Of a stretch of DNA of 12,879 nt, positions 1-8,020 are shown one piece after another. Under the pieces are notes generated by a model. It did not search any database, was not told the DNA's origin, and was given only the letters and a program-made list of their open reading frames with translations. This stretch comes from an uncultured bacterium. Its GTDB lineage: Bacteria > Macinerneyibacteriota > Macinerneyibacteria > Macinerneyibacteriales > DSCS01. The stretch lies in assembly GCA_964548195.1 (NCBI GenBank), contig CAZJQC010000031.1:1-12879 (forward strand), read 5' to 3'. How positions within the stretch are numbered: position 1 is the stretch's first letter; every line of letters begins with the position of its first letter. The position numbers and the translations under genes are program-made.

Positions 1-45
1 CTTATGCAGGGCGCCGACTGCTGCGACCACACATACACACTTTGA
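1..45 (+). CDS. Partial 3' end of an upstream CDS (…LMQGADCCDHTYTL*), resembling the C-terminus of ATC-hydrolase-family/V4R-like proteins
   Basis: Frame 1 is open from base 1 to TGA at 43-45. GADCCDHTY resembles the G-x-x-x-C-D/E-F-x-Y tail of L-2-amino-thiazoline-4-carboxylic acid hydrolase-family proteins. Only 14 codons are visible. Confidence 0.4.
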   Translation, partial: LMQGADCCDHTYTL

Positions 46-128
46 ATCTTCGCGATTTCGCCAAAAGGCACGGCTTCCTTCAAACCGAGCGGCATAACCT
101 TATAATATGCAAATGCACAACTGCCATG

Positions 129-156
129 TTGAATAATCATTATTACCGGCTATAAT
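129..156 (+). promoter_or_regulatory. Sigma70-type promoter of lipoprotein A, overlapped by a palindrome
   Basis: TTGAAT (129-134), 16-bp spacer, perfect TATAAT (151-156). The palindrome AATAAT-C-ATTATT (132-144) overlaps the -35 and spacer. Confidence 0.65.
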
Positions 157-195
157 ACATGTCAAAAATAATTGCACCGTACGAAAGGAGCCAAC

Positions 196-672
196 ATGCG
201 ATGTTTAAGGTCGATTTCAATCATCGTAATTGCGTTTTTTCTTTTTTCCTGCGCGGGAACTGTCAGAAACATAAAACGCGAACGACTTCAGGTCAGGTCT
301 GTGACAAAACTTCAGATCAACAAAGCCTTCCCGGGCGCCGGGGAGCTGGCGGCGGAACTGCGTGACATGGGCTTCAGGTTCAGTGAAGCAAAAGACTGGT
401 TCGGGCCCGAGTCCACACCGGCATGGGTGATAACAATCGGCACGGAAGTCGATGTGTATACCGCACAGGCTGTAATATCCATATGCAGCCGCTATGCAAA
501 CGGGAATATCATCGTGATCATCACCGATTCCGAAAGATTCGGCAACAGAAAACGGATCTATGTGGGCGCATTGAGTCAATTAAGGCCGGAACAGGGCATC
601 AAAGGCAAAAAAATAAAAAAACTGATGCGCTCCGGACTCACAGAAGAAGAGTTCAAGACATACGCGGACTGA
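196..672 (+). CDS. Putative lipoprotein A, 158 aa, unknown function (paralog of 9529-10005)
   Basis: AAGGAG RBS (185-190) precedes ATG at 196, so the ORF-track start at 172 is too early. Basic N-terminus, hydrophobic h-region and lipobox-like LFS-C19. Ungapped similarity to 9529-10005. Confidence 0.85.
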   Translation: MRCLRSISIIVIAFFLFSCAGTVRNIKRERLQVRSVTKLQINKAFPGAGELAAELRDMGFRFSEAKDWFGPESTPAWVITIGTEVDVYTAQAVISICSRYANGNIIVIITDSERFGNRKRIYVGALSQLRPEQGIKGKKIKKLMRSGLTEEEFKTYAD

Positions 673-691
673 GTCCGTCCCCGGCAAAACA

Positions 692-716
692 CCCGCCCGG
701 AGCGACTTCGGGCGGG
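692..716 (+). terminator. GC-rich hairpin downstream of lipoprotein A (possible terminator or mRNA-stabilising stem)
   Basis: CCCGCCCGGAG-cga-CTTCGGGCGGG forms an 11-bp stem with one G-U pair, about 20 nt after the stop. The U-tract is poor (ccattt). Confidence 0.5.
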
Positions 717-775
717 CCATTACGCGAAACAATCATAAAAAGGGCGTTTCCCCTCCATATCATCTCAACTTCCTC

Positions 776-808
776 TTGTCTTTTTTCCGTTTGGGAGTAT
801 ATTCTCCC
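776..808 (+). promoter_or_regulatory. Putative sigma70 promoter of the Ehr operon, with the -10 enclosed by an inverted repeat
   Basis: TTGTCT (776-781), 16-bp spacer, TATATT (798-803). GGGAG (793-797) and CTCCC (804-808) flank the -10 exactly. Confidence 0.5.
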
Positions 809-829
809 TGCGCGGCTCCCCTGTTGTAT

Positions 830-855
830 CAGGCGGGAACGCCTGTTTTATTTTT
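830..855 (+). terminator. Intrinsic terminator-like hairpin in the operon leader
   Basis: CAGGCG-GGAA-CGCCTG (6-bp stem, GNRA loop) immediately followed by TTTTATTTTT, ending 22 nt before the ATG at 878. Confidence 0.7.
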
Positions 856-877
856 ACGGATTTAAGGGGATATAAGA

Positions 878-1558
878 ATGGACATGAAGATCGGAGATGC
901 CGCAGCCCTGCTGGGCGCATCCGAAAAAGCCATACGCATGTGGATCAAAAAGAAAGCTCTGCCCGCTTATAAAATACGGAACCAGTATCTGTTCAACGAA
1001 TCTGAGATCCGCGAATGGGCGCTGACAAACGGCTTCACTCTCACGACTCTGCGGGATGAGCCCGGCCTTACGGGAAAACCGGTCTCAGTGGGCGCGCTGC
1101 TGAGGCGAGGCGGCATACATTTCAATATTGAAGGCTCGAATATCGGGGATGTGATGCGCAACGCCGTACGCTGCGTAAAACTGCCCGGCTCCGTCGACGC
1201 CGAAAGGCTTTCAGCCGAACTTTTAAAAAGGGAAGCCATTATTACCACCGCCGTGGGAAAAGGCATAGCATTCCCCCATCCCCGCAAACCCATTATATCA
1301 GATCAGGAGGATGAACGGATCGCGATCTGCCATCTGAAAAACCCACTCGACCTGAAAGCAAAAGACAACATACCGGTGCGCACACTTTTCATAATAGTCT
1401 CTTCAAACGGCAAAAGACATCTTGATATACTCTCAGGGCTTGCTTCTTTATGCAGGACCGATGAATTTATACGGCTTCTCAGAGAGGACACAGCCGGTCC
1501 GGTTCACGCTTACCTCGAGCGGCGTGAAGCCGGGACAGGAAAGAACACTTCGATATGA
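878..1558 (+). CDS. Excisionase-type (HTH_17/MerR-like) DNA-binding domain fused to a PTS EIIA domain (fructose/mannitol/Ntr class, PtsN-like)
   Basis: N-terminal MKIGDAAALLGASEKAIRMWIKKKALPAYKIRNQYLF is an excisionase-like HTH. The C-terminal EIIA has the signature REAIITTAVGKGIAFPH (His134) and HLDILSGLA. RBS AAGGGGA at 864-870; ATGA overlap with the next gene. Confidence 0.9.
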   Translation: MDMKIGDAAALLGASEKAIRMWIKKKALPAYKIRNQYLFNESEIREWALTNGFTLTTLRDEPGLTGKPVSVGALLRRGGIHFNIEGSNIGDVMRNAVRCVKLPGSVDAERLSAELLKREAIITTAVGKGIAFPHPRKPIISDQEDERIAICHLKNPLDLKAKDNIPVRTLFIIVSSNGKRHLDILSGLASLCRTDEFIRLLREDTAGPVHAYLERREAGTGKNTSI

Positions 1559-3534
1559 TGACACTGCTTGCGGCCGGAATATCGGCAATACTTTTCGGCG
1601 GAATACTGTCCCTCTTTTTTAAGGACCGCTTCAAATCACGGATAGTCTGCCTCTTCACCGGCGCCGGAGCCGTGATGACACTGATACCGGCGTTCTCCGC
1701 ACTGCTCGGCGGCACCATCCTTACAGCGGAGTTTGAACTTTCATATCCGGTGGGAACGGTATCCGTAGTGGTCGACCCGCTCGCCGCCTTCTTCGTCATA
1801 CTTATATCGGTCATGTGCTTTATAGCCTCCATCTATACGATGGGATACATGAAGAGCTACAACGACAAAGGTCACACCCTTTCATCGCATTATCTTTTTC
1901 TGTCCATGCTGACATCATCCATGCTCGCCGTGGTGGTCATACAAAACGCCATCGCATTTCTCATGGCATGGGAGATCATGTCACTCGCCTCCTTTTTTCT
2001 CGTCGTGTTTGAAAACGATAAAAAAGAGGTGCGAAAAGCCGGCCTGAACTATCTGATAGCGATGCACGTGGGCGTGATATTTCTCATATTCGCATTCATT
2101 ATCCTGACTCTCAGATCAGGCAGCCAGGATTTTTCCTCATTTTCCGCGGCGTTCGGAACGGGAAGAGGCTTCACTGATATTGTCTTTGTCCTCACTTTTG
2201 TGGGATTCGGCACCAAGGCCGGTTTTGTGCCGTTCCATACCTGGCTGCCCAAGGCCCATCCCGCGGCCCCCGCCCACGTCTCAGCCATCATGTCGGGTAT
2301 TATGATAAAGACAGGCATATACGGCATTCTGAGGATCATCTCGCTTATACCCGGGCCAAGCCGTGAGATCGCCTATTTTGTCCTTATCATATCGCTTCTC
2401 TCCGGCATATTCGGAGTCGCTTACGCCATAGCTCAGCATAACGTGAAGACACTCCTGGCGTATCACAGCGTGGAAAACATCGGCATCATAGGCCTTGGCA
2501 TAGGACTGGGCCTGCTGGGACTGTCCTACGGCAATAATATGCTCGCGGTGCTCGGTTTCGCGGGGGGAATACTGCATATACTAAACCATTCCATATTCAA
2601 GACACTGCTGTTCTTCTCCGTGGGCAGTGTCTATCAGAAAACACATAACTTGAACATGGACACGCTCGGCGGCCTTGCAAAGGCTATGCCTTTCACCGCC
2701 GCGGCCTTTCTCACCGGCTCCCTGGCCATAACAGGGCTGCCTCCGTTTAACGGATTTGTAAGCGAGTTTTTCATCTACAGCGGCATGTTCAGCGGTTTCG
2801 GCCGCAGCGGAGCGCCCCTTTCGATAACACTGGTCCTTTCATTTGCGGGGCTGGCATTTATCGGCGCGATGGCTTTGCTCTGCTTCACAAAGGCATTCGG
2901 CTCCGTCTTTTCGGGGACACCCCGCATACCTGCGCCCGCTATAACCGCAGATGCGGCTCCAAGCATGAAAACGGCCATGGCATTGCAGATGCTGATGATA
3001 GTCATGATAGGCCTTTTTCCCCGTCATGCCTTCAAAGCGGTATCCCTTGTCTCCTCCGGTTTTACGCCACAATCAGCCGACGCGCTGAAAGGATATGACA
3101 AAACGCTGACAGCTCTGACACAAGGCCTGTTTATCTTCGCGGCGCTGTTCGCGTTTTTCCTCCTCTTCCGCGGCCTGCTGCTGAAAGGCAGGCAAGTGAC
3201 GCGCTTTAAGACATGGGACTGCGGATACCGGGCCGGCAACCCGCATATGCAATACACCGCATCTTCCTACGCCCATTCCTTTATAGGGCTGATAAGTCCC
3301 GCCCTTGACAGGGAAGTGGCAATAAAAGACCCCTCAGGGCTCTTCCCCGGCGACTCACATTACAAGACACATGTAAGCGACCGTTTTGAGACCGGAGTCA
3401 TATTGCCTCTGATAAACGGTTTAAAAAGGCTGCTGAAGGCATTTTCCTGGATACAAAACGGCAACACACAGCAATACTTGCTGTACGGGCTGGTCTTTCT
3501 CATCGCAATAACAATATGGATCATGGCGGTCTGA
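1555..3534 (+). CDS. hyfB: HyfB/EhrA-like proton-conducting antiporter-type membrane subunit (NuoL/M/N, Mrp family)
   Basis: 659 aa, highly hydrophobic. Motifs WEIMS, GTKAGFVPFHTWLPKAHPAAP, MIKTGIYG, LLAYHSVENIG, NHSIFK, PPFNGFVSE and the HyfB-type tail WDCGY…MQYTASSYA…QNGNTQQYLLY. Confidence 0.92.
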   Translation: MMTLLAAGISAILFGGILSLFFKDRFKSRIVCLFTGAGAVMTLIPAFSALLGGTILTAEFELSYPVGTVSVVVDPLAAFFVILISVMCFIASIYTMGYMKSYNDKGHTLSSHYLFLSMLTSSMLAVVVIQNAIAFLMAWEIMSLASFFLVVFENDKKEVRKAGLNYLIAMHVGVIFLIFAFIILTLRSGSQDFSSFSAAFGTGRGFTDIVFVLTFVGFGTKAGFVPFHTWLPKAHPAAPAHVSAIMSGIMIKTGIYGILRIISLIPGPSREIAYFVLIISLLSGIFGVAYAIAQHNVKTLLAYHSVENIGIIGLGIGLGLLGLSYGNNMLAVLGFAGGILHILNHSIFKTLLFFSVGSVYQKTHNLNMDTLGGLAKAMPFTAAAFLTGSLAITGLPPFNGFVSEFFIYSGMFSGFGRSGAPLSITLVLSFAGLAFIGAMALLCFTKAFGSVFSGTPRIPAPAITADAAPSMKTAMALQMLMIVMIGLFPRHAFKAVSLVSSGFTPQSADALKGYDKTLTALTQGLFIFAALFAFFLLFRGLLLKGRQVTRFKTWDCGYRAGNPHMQYTASSYAHSFIGLISPALDREVAIKDPSGLFPGDSHYKTHVSDRFETGVILPLINGLKRLLKAFSWIQNGNTQQYLLYGLVFLIAITIWIMAV

Positions 3535-3538
3535 TGAC

Positions 3539-4456
3539 ATGGCGTTTATAAATATTCTCATAATACTTTTCATCCCATTCCTCTTCACCGGAGCAATAAA
3601 CAGATTTAAATCGGCCTGGGCAGGACGCAAGGGCGCTCCGCTCATACAGCCGTTCAGAGATTTTATGAGACTGATGAAAAAAGGCGAGGTCATAAGCACG
3701 GTATCATCTGTTGTCTTCAGGATAGCCCCGTCCGCGGCACTGGCCTCGACAGTCACGGCGGCGCTTATAGTGCCGCTGGCGGGCGGGAAGTCGCTATTGT
3801 CCTTTGACGGCGACTTCGTCCTCTTTGCATATTGTCTCTCGCTGGGAAGATTTTTTACCATAGCCGGAGCGCTGGATACGGGTTCCGGGTTTGAAGGCAT
3901 GGGCGCCAGCAGGGAAGCCCTTTTTTCAACCCTCGCGGAACCGGCGCTGTTCGGGCTGGCAGGCTCCTTAAGCCTCATAAGCGGAGGCATGTCTTTTGAG
4001 GACATACTCTCATTTTCCGCCGGCACAGGAAGTCTTTCATACCTCATCCCCATACTTGGCGCCATGCTGCTTTTTGTCATGCTGCTTGCCGAGGGGTGCC
4101 GCGTCCCTGTGGACGACCCCAACACACATCTTGAACTTACCATGATACACGAAGTCATGGTCCTGGATAATTCCGGCCCGGACATGGGCTTTATCATGTA
4201 CGCCTCGGCTCTGAAAATGGCCGTATTCGCCTCACTTGCCGCAAACATCATACTGCCTCGGGAGATGCCGGTTTTACTCTCACTTGCTTCTTTTGCCGCA
4301 ATATACCTGATACTTGCCGCGGCGGTAGCCACGGTCGAGACTGTCATGGCGCGCCTCAGGATGACACACGTACCCCGTTTTCTCTTTTTCATGACCTCGC
4401 TTTTCCTGATCATACTTTCGGCGGTGCTGCTCTTTAAAACGGGAGGGCTCTCATGA
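3539..4456 (+). CDS. hyfC: HyfC/HycD/EhrB-like membrane subunit (NuoH family)
   Basis: 305 aa, hydrophobic. Motifs GRKGAPLIQPFRDFMRLMKK, DTGSGFEGMGASRE and EGCRVPVDDPNTHLELTMIHEVM. Confidence 0.92.
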   Translation: MAFINILIILFIPFLFTGAINRFKSAWAGRKGAPLIQPFRDFMRLMKKGEVISTVSSVVFRIAPSAALASTVTAALIVPLAGGKSLLSFDGDFVLFAYCLSLGRFFTIAGALDTGSGFEGMGASREALFSTLAEPALFGLAGSLSLISGGMSFEDILSFSAGTGSLSYLIPILGAMLLFVMLLAEGCRVPVDDPNTHLELTMIHEVMVLDNSGPDMGFIMYASALKMAVFASLAANIILPREMPVLLSLASFAAIYLILAAAVATVETVMARLRMTHVPRFLFFMTSLFLIILSAVLLFKTGGLS

Positions 4457-5091
4457 TAGACCTCATCATAATACTGTTCGGGATAACGATGCTGTACGCC
4501 GCCACGGCGGGGCGGCTTGAAAGCTATGTGACCGTCATCACAGTCCAGGGCATGCTGCTTTTTCTGCTGGTGCTGCTCGACTACGGCACGGAAGATATGC
4601 CGGGCCTTTTATTCATGTCCTTTGAGACGCTGATCGTAAAGACCATGGCAATACCTCTATTTCTTAAATACATCATACGTAAAAACGGGATATTCCGCGA
4701 GGTGGAACCGCATGTGACCAACTTCTACTCGCTTATCATCACAACAATCATATTCGCCGGCGGGTTCTATCTCTCATATTTTGCATTTAACACCGCCGGC
4801 GGAGTGCGTCCGCTGTATTTCGGAATATCCATATCCGTGCTGGTGACGGCGCTCTTTATCATCATAACGAGAAAAAAGATCATCACACACGTGATGGGTT
4901 ATATGATGATGGAAAACGGCATATATCTGCTGGCGCTCTCCGCGGTGAAAAGAAACCCTCTCATCGTGGAACTCGGCATACTGTTCGACATCGTAATGGC
5001 CGTATGCCTGCTGGGAATACTGATAACAAGGGTGCAGTCGGTGTACGCCGAGACCCATATAGACAATCTTTCAAAGCTGAAGGACGAATAA
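4453..5091 (+). CDS. hyfE: HyfE/EhrC-like membrane subunit (NuoK-related C-terminal part)
   Basis: 212 aa, multi-TM. Motifs VQG, GYMMMENGI, PLIVELGILFD and the C-terminal DNLSKLK. ATGA overlap with hyfC and the expected position between hyfC and hyfF. Confidence 0.88.
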   Translation: MIDLIIILFGITMLYAATAGRLESYVTVITVQGMLLFLLVLLDYGTEDMPGLLFMSFETLIVKTMAIPLFLKYIIRKNGIFREVEPHVTNFYSLIITTIIFAGGFYLSYFAFNTAGGVRPLYFGISISVLVTALFIIITRKKIITHVMGYMMMENGIYLLALSAVKRNPLIVELGILFDIVMAVCLLGILITRVQSVYAETHIDNLSKLKDE

Positions 5092-5092
5092 T

Positions 5093-6499
5093 ATGATAGC
5101 TGTACTGTTACTCTTTCCGCTGGCCGGCGCGGCGATAGTGCTGGCCGCAAGGTCACGCATCGCGGATATTGCCGCGGTCACAGCTTATGCCGCCGTGCAT
5201 CTTGCCATATCCATCATGCTCTGCATGCGCCCCGGACAGTTCACCCGGTATTTCAGCACGGACGGGCTGAATGTGTTTTTTCTTCTCATACTTTCCATGC
5301 TCTTTTTCGGAACGGCATTATATAATATCTCATATATGAGGCACGACCGGTCCGATCCCAAAAGCAGGTCGCTGTATTCGGCAAGCCTTCTGATATTCGC
5401 CGCCACCATGACCGGCGTCATACTGAGCACGCATCTGGTACTGCTCTGGGTGTTTGTGGAAGCAACGACATTGTCCAGTTCATATCTCATATATTTCAGC
5501 AGGTCGGAAGCCTCGCTGGAAGCCACGTGGAAATATCTGTTTATCTGTTCAATAGGCATCTCGATCGCTTTTGTCGGCATCATATTCCTCTCAACGGGCC
5601 TGAACACGCCGGGTTCGCTGTTCTTCAGCGATCTGTACGCCCAAGCGGCTTATATGGACCCCTTCTGGCTGAAGCTCGCATTTCCCTTTATTCTTGTGGG
5701 TCTCGGCACCAAAGCCGGACTGGCTCCGGTACATGCCTGGCTTCCCGACGCACATTCTGAAGCGCCCTCTCCCGTATCGGCGCTGCTTTCCGGCGCGCTG
5801 CTGAATGCCGCTTTTCTGGGGATCATACGTGTCGGCAAAGTCATGACATTGGCCGGGATGGGGGCATATGCCGGCGGACTGCTGCGCCTCATGGGTTTTA
5901 TATCCATATTCGCGGCTTCCGTATACATCATCCGTATAAAGAATTACAAACGCATGCTTGCATATTCCTCCATTGAAAATATGGGGGTCATCGCAATAGG
6001 CCTGGGACTCGGAGGCGCCGGAGCATACGCCGCCATGCTGCATCTTGCAGCCCATTCCCTCACGAAAGGCTCGTTCTTTCTGACCGCGGGAAACATACTG
6101 CACAGATTCAGGAGCAGGAACATATCCGACGTAAGCGGGCTCCTGCGCAAAGACAATATAAGCGGATGGCTTTGGCTGCTCTGCTTCGCCGCCATATCCG
6201 GACTGCCGCCGTTTCCCATGTTTATAAGCGAGTTTATCGTAGTAAGGGCCTTTGTGGCCGAAGGCAGTCCCTTTTACGCCGCCCTGTTTCTGCTGCTGCT
6301 GACCGTTGTCATCGCGGGCATGGGCCGCTCCGTCTTCAGGATGAGCTTTGGAGCCGGCGATGACGGCATCGCCGCAGGGAGACCGGATGTGCTGACGTAT
6401 CTGCCGCAAATCATATTCATGGCAATGCTGCTGTACATGGGCATATCGATGCCGCGATTTGTCTCCGGGATGATAAGAGCCGCGGCCGCGATGCTATGA
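5093..6499 (+). CDS. hyfF: HyfF/EhrD-like antiporter-type membrane subunit
   Basis: 468 aa. Motifs WVFVEATTL, SLEATWKY, GTKAGLAPVHAWLPDAHSEAPSPVSALLSG, KRMLAYSSIEN, HSLTK and PPFPMFISE. Confidence 0.92.
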   Translation: MIAVLLLFPLAGAAIVLAARSRIADIAAVTAYAAVHLAISIMLCMRPGQFTRYFSTDGLNVFFLLILSMLFFGTALYNISYMRHDRSDPKSRSLYSASLLIFAATMTGVILSTHLVLLWVFVEATTLSSSYLIYFSRSEASLEATWKYLFICSIGISIAFVGIIFLSTGLNTPGSLFFSDLYAQAAYMDPFWLKLAFPFILVGLGTKAGLAPVHAWLPDAHSEAPSPVSALLSGALLNAAFLGIIRVGKVMTLAGMGAYAGGLLRLMGFISIFAASVYIIRIKNYKRMLAYSSIENMGVIAIGLGLGGAGAYAAMLHLAAHSLTKGSFFLTAGNILHRFRSRNISDVSGLLRKDNISGWLWLLCFAAISGLPPFPMFISEFIVVRAFVAEGSPFYAALFLLLLTVVIAGMGRSVFRMSFGAGDDGIAAGRPDVLTYLPQIIFMAMLLYMGISMPRFVSGMIRAAAAML

Positions 6500-8010
6500 G
6501 GGACAAGGATGGTGATGCGATGAAATGGGCTGTTACAGAAAACAACGGACATATTGATATAAAGGAAATACCCGTGCTGGGGATAACGGAACTGCGCGGC
6601 AACATCATAAAAGCGTGTGAAAACGGCAAACGTACAGTCGCTTTTTTCGGAGACAAGGCGGCCCCATACACCACGCTGTACACAGTGATGGCCGACGACG
6701 AGGAGTCAAAACTGCTGGTCGCATCGGCAATCTTCAAAGGAGAATGCTCCTATCCTTCAATCACAGCCGAGATACCGGCCTTGCACATGTTCGAACGCGA
6801 GTTCCATGAGGAGACCGGCATCGTTCCGGAAAACCATCCGTGGCTGAAACCCGTGCGCTACCCGGCGGACAGGGCGGACCGCGCCCAAAAGATGGAGGAC
6901 CATCCCTTTTACACGATAAACGGCGAGGAGATACATCAGATCGCCGTGGGCCCCATACACGCCGGGGTGATAGAACCCGGCCATTTCAGGTTCATGTGCA
7001 GCGGTGAGACCGTGCGCCATCTTGAAATACAGCTGGGATATCAGCATCGCGGTGTCGAAAGACTCATCAAGGAACGGGGCATGCCCGGTTCCATACATCT
7101 GGCAGAATCAGCGGCCGGCGACACAGTGATAGGCCACGCCTGGGCCTATGCCGCATTGGCCGAAACCCTGAGCGGGACCGCAATATCAGCACGGGCCGAA
7201 TCAATACGGGCCATAGCGCTTGAACTGGAACGCGCCGCAATACATATAGGCGATCTGGGAGCCATAGCCGGTGACGCAGCCTATTCACTCGGCAGTTCCG
7301 TATTTGGAGCCGTGCGTACGCTGGTGATCAACTCCATGCTTAAAATATGCGGAAACCGTTTCGGCAGAGGACTGATCAGGGAAGGCGGCGTCGCTTTCGA
7401 TATCACACCCGCCCTGAACCGGGAGATAACGGATACGATAAAAAAAGTGCGCGGGGACGTCGAACTGACCGCCGAGACGATGTTTGCGTCGTCAAGCACC
7501 CTTTCACGCCTGGAACATACGGGCACGGTTGAAAACCCGGCCGCACGAGCCATGGGCATGACGGGACTTGCCGCGAGAGCCTCCGGCATCAAGGCCGACA
7601 TAAGGTCAGACCACCCGCACGGCATATACAGACATTATCACGTACATAAAAAATCAATGGACAGCGGAGACGTGTTCGCCAGGACCTACATGCGTTATGC
7701 GGAAATAAGACAGTCTCTGGCATTTGCAATAGAACAGCTTGAACACATAGCCGACGGCGCTCCGCTTTGCAGGCCGCTCCCCGCATTGAAAGAAAACAGC
7801 TTCGCCATATCCATGACAGAGGGATGGCGCGGCGAGATAGTCCACGCCGCATTGACAGATAAGGACGGAAGATTAAGCCGCTACAAGATAAAAGACCCCT
7901 CCTTCAACAACTGGTACGCTCTTGCATACGCATTAAGGGGTAACGGCATATCGGATTTTCCGCTGTGCAATAAAAGTTTTGACCTGTCATACAGCGGAAA
8001 CGACCTGTAG
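6496..8010 (+). CDS. hyfG: HyfG/HycE-like (NuoC+NuoD fusion) large subunit lacking NiFe ligands (EhrL-type)
   Basis: NuoC-like FEREFHEETGI…HPWLKPVR and NuoD-like GPIHAGVIEPGHFRF, LGYQHRGVE, LELER, EGWRGE, DPSFNNW. The L1 site reads ESAAGDTVIGH and the L2 site NKSFDLSYSGNDL, with no CxxC at either. The start is either 6496 (ATGA overlap) or ATG 6520. Confidence 0.9.
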   Translation: MRDKDGDAMKWAVTENNGHIDIKEIPVLGITELRGNIIKACENGKRTVAFFGDKAAPYTTLYTVMADDEESKLLVASAIFKGECSYPSITAEIPALHMFEREFHEETGIVPENHPWLKPVRYPADRADRAQKMEDHPFYTINGEEIHQIAVGPIHAGVIEPGHFRFMCSGETVRHLEIQLGYQHRGVERLIKERGMPGSIHLAESAAGDTVIGHAWAYAALAETLSGTAISARAESIRAIALELERAAIHIGDLGAIAGDAAYSLGSSVFGAVRTLVINSMLKICGNRFGRGLIREGGVAFDITPALNREITDTIKKVRGDVELTAETMFASSSTLSRLEHTGTVENPAARAMGMTGLAARASGIKADIRSDHPHGIYRHYHVHKKSMDSGDVFARTYMRYAEIRQSLAFAIEQLEHIADGAPLCRPLPALKENSFAISMTEGWRGEIVHAALTDKDGRLSRYKIKDPSFNNWYALAYALRGNGISDFPLCNKSFDLSYSGNDL

Positions 8011-8020
8011 GGGGGATGCC

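Noticed and set aside
810..845. Canonical BglG/LicT RAT element
   Set aside because: Only the CTG…CAGGC upper stem resembles a RAT. The GGxTTGTTAC/AARACC lower-stem consensus is missing and no CAT-PRD antiterminator gene is in the window.
878..1030. Excisionase HTH as evidence of a prophage or integrative element
   Set aside because: It is fused to EIIA, and no integrase, att-like direct repeats or phage genes are visible.
3421..4413. 330-aa minus-strand ORF
   Set aside because: Antisense shadow of the hydrophobic hyfC-like gene, with no recognisable motifs.
5591..6409. 272-aa minus-strand ORF (and the other short ORFs overlapping operon genes)
   Set aside because: Antisense or out-of-frame shadows of well-supported genes, with no motifs or independent expression signals.
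6496..8010. Calling the operon a functional [NiFe] hydrogenase-4 or formate hydrogenlyase
   Set aside because: Both CxxC metal-binding motifs are absent, and there is no maturation tail and no hyp or fdh gene in the window.
6496..8010. Large subunit as a decaying pseudogene
   Set aside because: The reading frame is intact and full length, structural motifs are preserved, and the substitutions match the known Ehr-type pattern.
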